Part shown: positions 18,857 through 27,674 of the stretch, in pieces
Layout: each line of letters starts with the position of its first letter
Position numbering within the stretch: the stretch's first letter is position 1
Assembly (NCBI GenBank): GCA_964348665.1
Contig: CAYGDP010000001.1
Coordinates: 66,767-130,766 of the forward strand
Direction of reading: 5' to 3'
Length of the DNA stretch: 64,000 nucleotides
From: an uncultured Verrucomicrobiota bacterium
GTDB lineage: Bacteria; Verrucomicrobiota; Verrucomicrobiia; Palsa-1439; CAYGDP01
Translations under genes and position numbers: made by a program
The notes under the pieces: generated by a model
Told to the model about the DNA's origin: nothing
What the model saw: the letters and a program-made list of their open reading frames with translations, nothing else
Databases searched by the model: none

Positions 18857-19226
18857 GGAGTCTGACCTCGCATGATTCGCCGAGACTGTGACGGTGGGCG
18901 GCGACAACCCGGTAGCATCGCTGCGCCACCCACATCACGGGTGGGACGCAAAGTATCAGTCCCAACGGGCACGTCAGCGGCATCCGCAGGAAAACTTCCC
19001 GAAACGCCTCCGCTCCCGCAAAAGTTGATTGATTGGGCAAGACCGCATGCATCGCTTTCTCGCACTCCTCGCGCTTGAGTTGCGGGAACCGGGTATAAAC
19101 CGCGTCATCCTGAAAGGGCAGCGTCTCGAATTTTTTCAACCAATCCAACCGCCGGATCCATTTCAGGTTCTTCGCGCAAAACCCGCACGCGCCGTCGTAG
19201 ATGATGGCCGTTTTCATTTCGTTCAT
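18804..19226 (-). CDS. DCC-family thiol-disulfide oxidoreductase (DUF393), paralog 1
   Basis: IIYDGACGFCAKNLKWIRRLD matches the DCC N-terminal YDGxCxxC signature. ATGA-coupled to the upstream gene. Confidence 0.7.
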   Translation of the reverse strand: MNEMKTAIIYDGACGFCAKNLKWIRRLDWLKKFETLPFQDDAVYTRFPQLKREECEKAMHAVLPNQSTFAGAEAFREVFLRMPLTCPLGLILCVPPVMWVAQRCYRVVAAHRHSLGESCEVRLHEDKKPDKPRMDANRRE

Positions 19227-19975
19227 CGCCCACCTCCTTTCGTCTCGGGGTCAGGAGAGTAGAAGAGCCGTCCCGGCTCTTTATTGATTGCCTCTTGCGT
19301 TATTCTTATTTCACCGTCCCGCGTTGCGGGACCACCTGCAATTCCGCTCGTTGTAGGCCACGTGACCCCACGTGGCGATTTCGTTGCACCCTCGATCCCC
19401 GCCGCGTCAGTGACGCGGCCTACAATTACGTCTGTTGTAGGCCGAGCGCCCCCGCTCGGCGGATAATTCACCTGGTTATCAACCGGCGAGGACGTGAGTC
19501 CCGCGTTGCAGGACAACGTCCCGCTCACGCGGACGCCGCTTCTGTTCAGCTCCTTCAATACGCAGCCAATTGGTTCGCGCGCCTTTTGCAACTCACAGCT
19601 CAATTCCTCGTCGCTAGCTAGGCGAAACCAGCGCGAGAAGGTTTGACGATTCGATGAGACGGCGTGGAACGCTTGTCGCGCCAGCGGCAGCAACGCAGGC
19701 CGGGCAAGCCGAGTCGATAATTCGCGATACTCGGCCAACGCGTACAGACAAATGAGATACGCGCTCGTGTCGCGATAGACCGCGCCGTCGTCGCTGACCA
19801 CGACCAATTCTTCGGGCGTTGTCCCAAGCTTTACATCGTCGAACTGATGATTCAACCGCGCCCATTGTTGCGGGACGAATTCCAGCTCGATGAACTTCGG
19901 TTGGCGTTCGAACCAGCGACGACACTCGCCGCAGAACCCGCACGCGGCATCGTACAGGACGTAGAGTTTTTTCAT
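19223..19975 (-). CDS. DCC-family thiol-disulfide oxidoreductase (DUF393), paralog 2 with low-complexity C-terminal extension
   Basis: VLYDAACGFCGECRRWFERQ. About 130-aa DCC domain followed by about 120 aa of Gly/Thr/Pro-rich sequence. ATGA coupling on both sides. Confidence 0.6.
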   Translation of the reverse strand: MKKLYVLYDAACGFCGECRRWFERQPKFIELEFVPQQWARLNHQFDDVKLGTTPEELVVVSDDGAVYRDTSAYLICLYALAEYRELSTRLARPALLPLARQAFHAVSSNRQTFSRWFRLASDEELSCELQKAREPIGCVLKELNRSGVRVSGTLSCNAGLTSSPVDNQVNYPPSGGARPTTDVIVGRVTDAAGIEGATKSPRGVTWPTTSGIAGGPATRDGEIRITQEAINKEPGRLFYSPDPETKGGGR

Positions 19976-20394
19976 TGCGACCTCCTTCCGAAAAACTCCC
20001 GCGGCAGAGGCCGCAACAGGGTGCGCTCTTCATCTTCGGTCAATCCGATCCAATGCGACAATCGCCAACGATTCCGCGAGAGCCAGTCGAAGGCGCGCCG
20101 CGAGTACGGCATCCAGTTCGGTTTCGCGAGCCGGAACGAAAGCTCGCGGTAGTGTTCGAGCGCGTAAAGGCAGAGGAGATAGGCGCGTTCGTGGCGATAC
20201 ACCCCACCGTCGTCGCCAACCACGACAAACTCGTTGTCGTGGTCGAGTTTCAGCCCCGGAAAACAACGGTCGAGTTCCGCCCATGTTTTCGGGACGAAGA
20301 CCAGCTCGAGATACGCGGGCTGGTCTTCCATCCATGCGCGGCAGCGCTCGCAGAAGCCGCAGATCGGGTCGTAGAATACGTAGAGCGTTTTCAT
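19972..20394 (-). CDS. DCC-family thiol-disulfide oxidoreductase (DUF393), paralog 3
   Basis: VFYDPICGFCERCRAWMEDQ. Conserved ...AYLLCLYALEHYRELS shared with paralog 2. Confidence 0.7.
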   Translation of the reverse strand: MKTLYVFYDPICGFCERCRAWMEDQPAYLELVFVPKTWAELDRCFPGLKLDHDNEFVVVGDDGGVYRHERAYLLCLYALEHYRELSFRLAKPNWMPYSRRAFDWLSRNRWRLSHWIGLTEDEERTLLRPLPREFFGRRSQ

Positions 20395-20798
20395 CGGACG
20401 ACCGGTGGTTGGACGAATTCAGTCGGCGCGACCGGCGGCGGTGCGTGCTTCAGCAACGCCCGGCGACGCATTTTGTTGAACACATAGATGTTGAACAGGT
20501 GCATCCCGCCCAACACCAGCAACACCCGACCGATCCGAGTGCTCAACGTCTCAAAAACTCCCGGCACATCGTTAGGTTTCGTCCCGTATTGGAGCGCGAA
20601 GAAGACGAACCCGAAGTTGATCAGGTAGAACCCGACTACGAGCAGGTGATTGACCGAATCGGCCAGCGCTTCGTTCCCGAGGAAACTATCGACCAGAAAG
20701 ATGCGCCCGTTCTTGTGCAACGTCCGCGCCACCCAGATGGTAAACGCGATGCTGATAACCAAATACAACGCATACGTCCAGACCGTTAGCTCGTTCAT
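20391..20798 (-). CDS. small polytopic membrane protein, first gene of the DCC operon
   Basis: Three predicted TMs. ATGA overlap with DCC paralog 3. Confidence 0.45.
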   Translation of the reverse strand: MNELTVWTYALYLVISIAFTIWVARTLHKNGRIFLVDSFLGNEALADSVNHLLVVGFYLINFGFVFFALQYGTKPNDVPGVFETLSTRIGRVLLVLGGMHLFNIYVFNKMRRRALLKHAPPPVAPTEFVQPPVVR

Positions 20799-20839
20799 GG
20801 CAGTGTTCCTTTCTTGGTTTCGGTTGCTGTATTCATCGC

Positions 20840-20998
20840 TTCACTCCAGCCAGCGCACCCGCGCCAGTTTTTTGCCCATGCGTTTGAACCAGGCCGGCCA
20901 GCTCGCAATGTCGTCGCCGTACAATGCGGCGATCGGCGGGTGACGATGTCCGTTGGCGTGATGACGGCGATGTTTGGGTTTGCTGTGATTTGTTTTCA
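20840..20998 (-). CDS. small His/Arg-rich ORF (52 aa), below the ORF-track length cutoff
   Basis: ATG...MKTNHSKPKHRRHHANGHRHPPIAALYGDDIASWPAWFKRMGKKLARVRWLE, found by manual translation about 40 nt upstream of the membrane protein gene. Confidence 0.2.
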
Positions 20999-21033
20999 TG
21001 GTGTCTCCTCTCTTTGTTTTGGTTTCATCATTT

Positions 21034-21540
21034 TCATCCTAATAACTTGATGAGCAACGGAAGGACCTGGCTCTTTTCCTGCCGGGCAGCTTTGCCCAGA
21101 AGCAGGTCGGCGGTCTTGACAAAATCCAACAGCGAAGCGACTTGGTTGCGGAAGGTTACAGAGCCTTTTTCTTTTTCGGCGAGGTTGAGACATTCCTGCA
21201 ACGAGACGATGACCGGCTCGATCTCACGTTTCTTTCGTTCGCGGGCAATGATACAGGCCATTTTCCAGACATCCTTTTCGCAGACGAAATATTCCTTGCG
21301 ATCCCCCTTCTGGAAAACGCGCCGGACGAGTCCCCAGTCCACGAGCGCGCGCAGGTTGGTATTGGCGTGTCCGCGGCTGATGTCGAGCGCCTCCATGACG
21401 TCGTCGGTGGAAATCGGGCTTTCGCTGGCCATCAAGAGGGCGTGGATCTGCGCCATAACCTTGTTGATACCCCACTGATACCCCATTTCGCCCCAAGCTT
21501 CGATGAACCGTTCTTTGGCTTGACTAGGTTGTGTTTTCAT
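21034..21540 (-). CDS. GbsR/MarR-type winged-helix transcriptional regulator
   Basis: KERFIEAWGEMGYQWGINKVMAQIHALLMAS...DISRGHANTNLRALVDWGLVRR matches the GbsR-family N-terminal HTH. Start taken at MKTQPSQ. Confidence 0.65.
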   Translation of the reverse strand: MKTQPSQAKERFIEAWGEMGYQWGINKVMAQIHALLMASESPISTDDVMEALDISRGHANTNLRALVDWGLVRRVFQKGDRKEYFVCEKDVWKMACIIARERKKREIEPVIVSLQECLNLAEKEKGSVTFRNQVASLLDFVKTADLLLGKAARQEKSQVLPLLIKLLG

Positions 21541-21714
21541 AGTTTTCAGTCTTTCCTGAAACAATAATAACTTCGATTTGTGATTTGTCAAGGGGTGATT
21601 GTGATTTTATTCACAAGCGGCTGGACTAGGCGAAATGTTTGAAACACAGCGAGCACGGTTTAACAAGGTGGAAGAGGCCACAAGGCGACAGGAGGATTAA
21701 ATGTTTGAAAAGGG

Positions 21715-23241
21715 TTAGGAGGCGGCGCCGTTGGCGGAAAACGCGGTTAAGGCATCAGAAATTAGAGCGGCGACCCTTTCAGGATGCCAGTCAGGATAGA
21801 AGGCGCGAATCTTTCCTTCGAGGTCAGCGGGGGAGGTGCTGGCCAAAATCATTTGACGCACAGGCGCAAGGCTTCCGCGGAAGGCTCGCGCCAGCTCTGC
21901 CTTACCAGCGCGAGCTATTTCATCGTTCGCCTTCAAAGCTGGCGGTAAAGCTGCGCTCAAAGGCATCATTCCGGCGAACGGAATTTGTGGGACCGGAGCC
22001 TTCCTCTGAAGCGGGAACCCGACACGCTCACTCAAGGTTGGCAGAGCTTCATCGGTAGGCTCGATTCCCGCCGCTGAAATTTTTGCCAATAAATCCCCGG
22101 TCGCCGCTGCCTGTTTGGCAGACTCCGCACCCCAAACAGCCCGGGGCGCACGCCCGATACCCCCATTGATTTTTACCAGTTGATCGAAGAGCTGGTCTTT
22201 CAAAGTCTCGCCAAGCATCTTCCCATCAAACTGGCGAATATCCTCTCGCACGTTCTCCTGTCCAGTCGCGACGCCACTACCAAGTCCGGTACTTTGCGCC
22301 TCACTGGAAAGTGTTTGGCCAACGATCAACTTGGATTTCTCCCTATTACAGATCGAGTGGAATTTCTCGAACGCCTCACCGCTTGATGCGGCCAATGCCT
22401 GCATGATCTCGATTTCGGTTTCGTTCGTTACAACCAAGCCACCGATCCTAGTGGACAAAGCAAACGCACGCTCCAACGTCGTGCGGCTCGCATCATCGGC
22501 CGCGTCATATTTCCCCACCATGAACGGTGCGCCGTACCTTTCCAGAAACCGACCCCACCAATCGCGATCCATCGCCGACAACAGCCACCAAAACAAAATG
22601 GATCGCATCGGTCCACCCCAATTATCCGCCGTAGTGAGCAAATGCCCGCGATGGATGATGTACCGATTGGGATCCGGCTCGTGTTTCGTCGCCAGAATAC
22701 GCCCCTCGGCATCCGTATCACGAATCATCATCACGCCGGATGTGTAATCGAGAAGATCGTAAGGCACTGGCACAAGCTCGCCGATCTCATACTTCACGCC
22801 CTTCATCGTGCTGGGACGAAACACCTTCTCCAAAAGCGCCGATGGCCACAACGTCGAATCCAATAAATGAGAACATGCCTTTATCCAGCCCGACGAATTG
22901 CCCACCAAATTCGTCACCAAACTGCCCGCCTTCACGTCATCATCGTTCTCCTTGTCATGCGGCACGATTGCCATTGGATCACCCAACACCGCAAGCTTAC
23001 GCTTGGCAAATTCCCCCTGGGTGTGGGCATCACTCAAAATTACGTCTCGATACAAAGCGAACAACTGCTGCGTATCGCCCGACTCCGCAGCCCGCAAAAT
23101 TCCGTGCAACCGATCCGCCGTAATCGTCGGCGCCACCGCGCTCAGTTGGTAGCGCTGATTAAAAGTTGTCACCCGCGTCGTCGGCACCTGTGCCGCCGCG
23201 ATCCGCTTCACCGATTCATTCACTTCATTATCTTCAGACAT
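21715..23241 (-). CDS. phage portal protein (Mu gp29-like, DUF935)
   Basis: 508 aa. Sits immediately downstream of the terminase genes. Size and overall character match Mu gp29. Confidence 0.7.
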   Translation of the reverse strand: MSEDNEVNESVKRIAAAQVPTTRVTTFNQRYQLSAVAPTITADRLHGILRAAESGDTQQLFALYRDVILSDAHTQGEFAKRKLAVLGDPMAIVPHDKENDDDVKAGSLVTNLVGNSSGWIKACSHLLDSTLWPSALLEKVFRPSTMKGVKYEIGELVPVPYDLLDYTSGVMMIRDTDAEGRILATKHEPDPNRYIIHRGHLLTTADNWGGPMRSILFWWLLSAMDRDWWGRFLERYGAPFMVGKYDAADDASRTTLERAFALSTRIGGLVVTNETEIEIMQALAASSGEAFEKFHSICNREKSKLIVGQTLSSEAQSTGLGSGVATGQENVREDIRQFDGKMLGETLKDQLFDQLVKINGGIGRAPRAVWGAESAKQAAATGDLLAKISAAGIEPTDEALPTLSERVGFPLQRKAPVPQIPFAGMMPLSAALPPALKANDEIARAGKAELARAFRGSLAPVRQMILASTSPADLEGKIRAFYPDWHPERVAALISDALTAFSANGAAS

Positions 23242-23944
23242 TCAACACCTCCGATGATTCTCGATTTGCCAAAGGATTTTTTACCGACCGGCCCGCCATC
23301 TCTCCGCCGTAGCCCCCCACACGGGCAGCCCGAGCTGACACAGGGCCGCCACCACGCCGTAACGCATGGATACTCAACTTTATTGCCTCAAAACAATCCG
23401 CGTGATTCCCCATCTCATCCACGTCCGCCTCAAACCCACCCTCCACACGCTTCACGCTCCGCAGATCATCCCGCAGCCAAGCCGCTTGCGGCAACAACAC
23501 ACGTCCATCATCCATCAACCCAACGAACTGATTCCCCAAAAACGTCTTCGTCTTCATCTCCTCACCCATGTACTTGACATTCTCGCTGGCGATCACCAGC
23601 TCCACCACAACCTTACCCGCCAATTTACTCCGTAGCGCAGCCGCAAAAAACCGCTCGCTCGTCGCCTCAAGACAAACTCTCCGCACGCGCTTGTTGTCGG
23701 GCAAATCCAGCGCGTACCGCAGAACCTCCTCATAGACCTCGGGCTTGTTTGTCTTGAACCGTACCACGCACCGCACTATGTAATCCCCCCCCACCAACTC
23801 CGTCACCGCGATCGCCGACGGGTTCGACTTTTCCTTCGCCGTCGTCCCGATGTCCCCGCCGATACCGATCAAGCCATTCGTCAATAGACTTTTCCAGCCA
23901 ATCGGCCAAACCTCAGCAGGCGTTATGCGACGATCCGGTTTCAT
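23234..23944 (-). CDS. terminase large subunit, C-terminal nuclease domain (separate ORF)
   Basis: LIGIGGDIGTTAKEKSNPSAIAV matches the TerL nuclease motif (hhGhDxGxxxDxSAhhV). ATGA-coupled to the upstream methyltransferase gene. Confidence 0.6.
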   Translation of the reverse strand: MKPDRRITPAEVWPIGWKSLLTNGLIGIGGDIGTTAKEKSNPSAIAVTELVGGDYIVRCVVRFKTNKPEVYEEVLRYALDLPDNKRVRRVCLEATSERFFAAALRSKLAGKVVVELVIASENVKYMGEEMKTKTFLGNQFVGLMDDGRVLLPQAAWLRDDLRSVKRVEGGFEADVDEMGNHADCFEAIKLSIHALRRGGGPVSARAARVGGYGGEMAGRSVKNPLANRESSEVLNV

Positions 23945-25110
23945 GGATTCAACTCGCGGTACAAAGTGACAAAGGCTTTTGCGGCGACGGCCGGCACGAC
24001 TCCGTTGCCAGCCAATCGCAGTTCATCCACTCGAAAGACACGCCCATGAGCCACGCCACAAAGCGCGGGTTCAAGCGTCGGGTCGTGCGTAAGGACTTTG
24101 CCCCAAGCGTCGAGATCGTTTGGCCGTGGGGGAAATTCAGGCAAGCAACATTCAAAGGTTGTTTGTGGCGACGATGTTGTGATGGGCCTGCATTGTTGCT
24201 CGCATCTTGAACTGTCTCGGTCGGCCAAGTCACTGCATCTCTCGCCAGATACGCATTCCCCGCCTTGCTGCATGGCTTTTGACCGCTGCCCCTCATCGTT
24301 ACATCGTGGGCTTGTGGCGTTGTCCACATCTTTGCCATCCGATCCAGCCCAGCTTCCATCACTCTTTTCCCACCCCGACTCCGAAAGTTTTCCGCTGCCG
24401 GTGACGGCCACATTTTCGCCGCCGTTTGTAGTCCGTCGCCCGCCTTCTCGCTGATCCCTGATCGGTTGTTGTTGCCGTTCACCGATGGCGTCGGCCACTG
24501 AATTGCTTTCCCCAGCAAAGTTGGATTCGATGGGCCATGATGATTGTGCAATCGGCCCCCCGACCCATCCGCCTTGATTGGTGTCGGCCAATTGTCCGAG
24601 GATGAAGACTCGTTTTCGCACATGGCTTGCGCCGACTTCAGCCGCGCTGAATATGCCCCACGCGCGCCGATAACCATCCGCTTCCAAGTCCGCCAGCACT
24701 TTACGGAGGCCGTTGTTGATGTGACCCTCGACATTCTCGAAGAAAACCCAGCGCGGTCGCATCGTTTGATAGCCACGACGGACGGCTGGCCACAAGTTTC
24801 TCTCATCACGGAAGCCGCGCCGCTTTCCCGCGCTGCTGAACGGCTGACACGGATAGCTCGCAATGAAGATGTCCACGATGCCGCGAAAATCTTCTCCTGG
24901 GAAGGTCTTACAATCCGACCAAATAGGCGCTGCGTCCAGGAATCCCTGCTCCATTTTCGCAACCATGTTCGCAACTGCATACGCTTCGATCTCACAGCCA
25001 GCGATAAGCCGCATAGTTGGCAAGACTCGTTTGAGTCCGAGATACATACCGCCGTAGCCGAAGCACCATTCAACGCAATTAAGTTGTTGGGCAGAATCCA
25101 CATGGCTCAC
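23941..25110 (-). CDS. DNA (cytosine-5)-methyltransferase
   Basis: Motif I CFGYGGMYLG (FxGxGG), motif IV SYPCQPFSSAGKRRG, motif VI FENV, motif VIII HVRKRVF. Long Gly/Ser/Asp-rich variable region. C-terminal LAGNGVVPAV (motif X). Confidence 0.8.
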   Translation of the reverse strand: MSHVDSAQQLNCVEWCFGYGGMYLGLKRVLPTMRLIAGCEIEAYAVANMVAKMEQGFLDAAPIWSDCKTFPGEDFRGIVDIFIASYPCQPFSSAGKRRGFRDERNLWPAVRRGYQTMRPRWVFFENVEGHINNGLRKVLADLEADGYRRAWGIFSAAEVGASHVRKRVFILGQLADTNQGGWVGGPIAQSSWPIESNFAGESNSVADAIGERQQQPIRDQREGGRRTTNGGENVAVTGSGKLSESGWEKSDGSWAGSDGKDVDNATSPRCNDEGQRSKAMQQGGECVSGERCSDLADRDSSRCEQQCRPITTSSPQTTFECCLPEFPPRPNDLDAWGKVLTHDPTLEPALCGVAHGRVFRVDELRLAGNGVVPAVAAKAFVTLYRELNP

Positions 25111-25271
25111 GCCGCCTCCTGTTTTTTCAACCCATAGAACCGCTCGACCAAACGCCGGGCATAATCGGACAGCGGCACAAACCCGCGCTCGCTCTCGATC
25201 ACTTGGCCTTGCTTGGCCAACTCGTGAAGCCGATCCCGAATTTGATCGCGGTTCATGCTGTTAATTTTCAT
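25107..25271 (-). CDS. small hypothetical protein (54 aa) in the methyltransferase insertion cassette
   Basis: MKINSMNRDQIRDRLHELAKQGQVIESERGFVPLSDYARRLVERFYGLKKQEAA. ATGA-coupled on both sides. Confidence 0.3.
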   Translation of the reverse strand: MKINSMNRDQIRDRLHELAKQGQVIESERGFVPLSDYARRLVERFYGLKKQEAA

Positions 25272-25471
25272 AGTCTCATGCCATTGATCTCTTCTATGCA
25301 CTTCTGGACTTCCTTCAGGCAACCCATCATCACAGGCGATTTCCCATGAGGTTTGATGACATATCCAACCACAAACCCATTGTCATCACGCACGAATAGC
25401 TCCCAATCAGGCAAGACGGCGAACTCAACCCGATTTGGCTGTTGAATGTTGAGTGTTGGATTCGTTTTCAC
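25268..25471 (-). CDS. small hypothetical protein (67 aa) in the methyltransferase insertion cassette
   Basis: Start overlaps the TerL ATPase-domain stop as ATGA. Confidence 0.3.
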   Translation of the reverse strand: MKTNPTLNIQQPNRVEFAVLPDWELFVRDDNGFVVGYVIKPHGKSPVMMGCLKEVQKCIEEINGMRL

Positions 25472-26418
25472 GCGACGGCGATCTCCTCGGTTACGGCATT
25501 ACACATGCCTTTGTCTTTGCCGCGCTCCATCGCGAGGAAAATGCTTTGCAGCGACAGTGCCGCGACGCCGCCGCGAATAAATCGCAGCCCATAGTTTCTG
25601 TCCCATGCCGCTTTGTCGAACTCACGGGCGCGATGTTCATCGGGGTTGAGTGCATCCCCGCTCTCGCGGTCGTAACAGAGAAGCCCCGCAGCATAGCAGT
25701 CATACACATCGGCGCGATGCACCAATATCCCCGCCTGGCTTCGGTACCAGTTGCCCTCTCGGTTCACGGGAAATTCTTCTTGAGGCGGCACTAACATTTC
25801 CCACGAATAATGCGCATCATCGGGCGGCGGCGTAGTTGCCATCCGCAGGATAAAATTGGGGTTGTTATCAATGAACGGATACACCGCCTCCAAAACATCT
25901 TGTAGTTCCGGGATGCGTCCAAATTCATCCAGAAAAATATCACCTGTCCAACCAACTGCCGTATCGGGATTCGCCGCCACAACTACGCTGCGGCTGTAGC
26001 TGGTGTGCCCGTGAAAAATTTTCGTCTCAAGTTTTTGGTGCTCGAACAGATCGCACACCGCATCAAAATCTAAACCATCCGCGTTGCTCTCAAGCTTCAA
26101 CCCGCTGGCTGAAGCCGCCCCGCGATACCAGTCCAAAAGCTTCATCCACAGACGCGATTCTTTCCGCACGAACTCCACGCCAAGCCGCACGCTCGCGCTC
26201 GCGAAGATGCACTCGTGATCCGGCCGCGACATCATCCGCCGCAAAGCGATCCCCGCCAGCGTCGTTGATTTTCCCGCCTGCCGTCGCCACAACAGACCCG
26301 CACGCCGAAGATCATCGCGCCAAAAAAAAGGCTGTTGATACGCCCGCAACGCGATCAGCGGCGCCGCCTCGATCTGCTCGGCATTTTTTTTCGTTTTCAC
26401 CATCGCGACATTCCTCAA
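25468..26418 (-). CDS. terminase large subunit, N-terminal ATPase domain (separate ORF)
   Basis: Walker A RRQAGKSTT, Walker B IFLDEFGRIP. 316 aa. Confidence 0.7.
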   Translation of the reverse strand: MRNVAMVKTKKNAEQIEAAPLIALRAYQQPFFWRDDLRRAGLLWRRQAGKSTTLAGIALRRMMSRPDHECIFASASVRLGVEFVRKESRLWMKLLDWYRGAASASGLKLESNADGLDFDAVCDLFEHQKLETKIFHGHTSYSRSVVVAANPDTAVGWTGDIFLDEFGRIPELQDVLEAVYPFIDNNPNFILRMATTPPPDDAHYSWEMLVPPQEEFPVNREGNWYRSQAGILVHRADVYDCYAAGLLCYDRESGDALNPDEHRAREFDKAAWDRNYGLRFIRGGVAALSLQSIFLAMERGKDKGMCNAVTEEIAVA

Positions 26419-26420
26419 AT

Positions 26421-26497
26421 TGGTAGCGGGAGTCGGATTTGAACCGACGATCTTTAGGTTATGGGCCTAACGAGATTCCAGGCTTCTCCATCCCGCA
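26421..26497 (-). tRNA. tRNA with CAU anticodon (Met/Ile2-like), phage-encoded
   Basis: Cloverleaf: acceptor 6 bp plus a U1xU72 mismatch, D-stem GAGA/UCUC with GG in the loop, anticodon stem UUAGG/CCUAA, loop CCCAUAA (C33 instead of U33), T-stem GUCGG/CCGAC with loop UUCAAAU, discriminator A and encoded CCA. Confidence 0.6.
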
Positions 26498-26510
26498 AAA
26501 AAATTCGTGT

Positions 26511-27161
26511 TCATCGGCGGCCCTCCGTGGCTGGCTTTTCCCCGAACATCAGCTTGATCAAACGCTCCAGCTTGATCTCGCGGTCCGCGCCGCTCGCCAC
26601 AATCTCCCGCGCCTTCTTGTCGTTAAAGAATTTTTCGAGCAACTCCGCCGTCTCGCGCTGGAACCGTGCTTCCTCGATCGCCAGCTTGCGGCTGGCCTGT
26701 TTGATTTTTTCCAAATCGCCCAAGGCACGCAGAATCGAGGCGTACGCAGCCGGATCTTTGCGCTGAAGCTTCTTGAAGTCCGTCACCGAGAACGAACTCA
26801 GAATATCAACCAGATGCGCCGCCGCCATCGCGCTCCCCGCATCCGACGCCAGATTCGGCAACCCGCTCGACAACGCCTCACGTGAAAGCTCGATGATCCG
26901 CTCCGTCACCTCACGCTTACTCAACCAATCCTGATAGCCGTCTTTCCGCCACTTCGATAGATTCTGGTAGCTGATCTTCTGACCGTCGAACTCCTCGCGC
27001 ATCACGCGCTTTACATCCGGCTGATCGTTGAGCCATTCGAGTATCCGGCGATCCGATTGGCCGTCGCGAATCCGGCGATTGATTTCAGACCGGGTGCTAT
27101 GCGGCAGCCGCCCAATCTTACCGCGGCGCACGCGGCTCTGTAGTGCGAGTCGAGTCGTCAT
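26511..27161 (-). CDS. terminase small subunit-like (Mu gp27-like, DUF3486)
   Basis: RRGKIGRLPHSTRSEINRRIRDGQSDRRILEWLN resembles the Mu gp27 N-terminus (RRSKIDLLPPELR...DG.LTQDEIL..IN). Sits immediately upstream of TerL. Confidence 0.5.
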   Translation of the reverse strand: MTTRLALQSRVRRGKIGRLPHSTRSEINRRIRDGQSDRRILEWLNDQPDVKRVMREEFDGQKISYQNLSKWRKDGYQDWLSKREVTERIIELSREALSSGLPNLASDAGSAMAAAHLVDILSSFSVTDFKKLQRKDPAAYASILRALGDLEKIKQASRKLAIEEARFQRETAELLEKFFNDKKAREIVASGADREIKLERLIKLMFGEKPATEGRR

Positions 27162-27568
27162 CGGAATCGTTCGTTGCGAAGCTGGCGTAGTTCAGTTTCG
27201 AGTTGATCAATCTTACGGTGTAGATCCAACTCGATTGTCTCAACCTCCTCGATCCAGGCGGGCGATACGATCTGAAGCGGCTTACCCAAAACCACCGTCT
27301 TCGCGTCCCCGCCTGAATACCGGGAAATTTCATTGAGCGCCACCGCGCGAAACCGTTCCGCCGCGGCTGCGTCGCGGAACACCAGCCGCGTACCGGCGGG
27401 CAACCCCAATCGAAACGCATTACCCGTTGCCGTTGGGAGGGCGCTTACCGTGGGGCGCGTGAAGTTCGCGCAACCGCCGCCGCAAAGCATCAGCGGCAGC
27501 ATAATCGCCAGCGCGCTCAAAATCCCGAATCTGTTTTTGAAGAGCCGCATATTTTGCATCGTTATCAT
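27158..27568 (-). CDS. lipoprotein with C-terminal coiled coil (lysis cassette; possible spanin component)
   Basis: Signal peptide with a lipobox-like LMLCGGGCA, and a C-terminal LDLHRKIDQLETELRQLRNERFR coiled coil. Confidence 0.35.
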   Translation of the reverse strand: MITMQNMRLFKNRFGILSALAIMLPLMLCGGGCANFTRPTVSALPTATGNAFRLGLPAGTRLVFRDAAAAERFRAVALNEISRYSGGDAKTVVLGKPLQIVSPAWIEEVETIELDLHRKIDQLETELRQLRNERFR

Positions 27569-27674
27569 CCTCCCGCTGCATCGGGGTTGGATTGTATTTG
27601 CGCTTGAACCACTCGGCCCAACCGCTTACCAGCCCCGACAACAGCTTTAAGATTGAACCAATCCAGCCCATCAC
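27420..27674 (-). CDS. small single-TM protein (lysis cassette)
   Basis: N-terminal TM MMGWIGSILKLLSGLVSGWAEWF followed by a charged C-terminus. Overlaps the neighbouring ORFs. Confidence 0.3.
   Translation of the reverse strand: MMGWIGSILKLLSGLVSGWAEWFKRKYNPTPMQREDDNDAKYAALQKQIRDFERAGDYAAADALRRRLRELHAPHGKRPPNGNG

Noticed and set aside
23949-25103. 384-aa ORF overlapping the methyltransferase gene in another frame
   Set aside because: Lies entirely within the C5-methyltransferase CDS, which has clear catalytic motifs. This is a high-GC shadow ORF.
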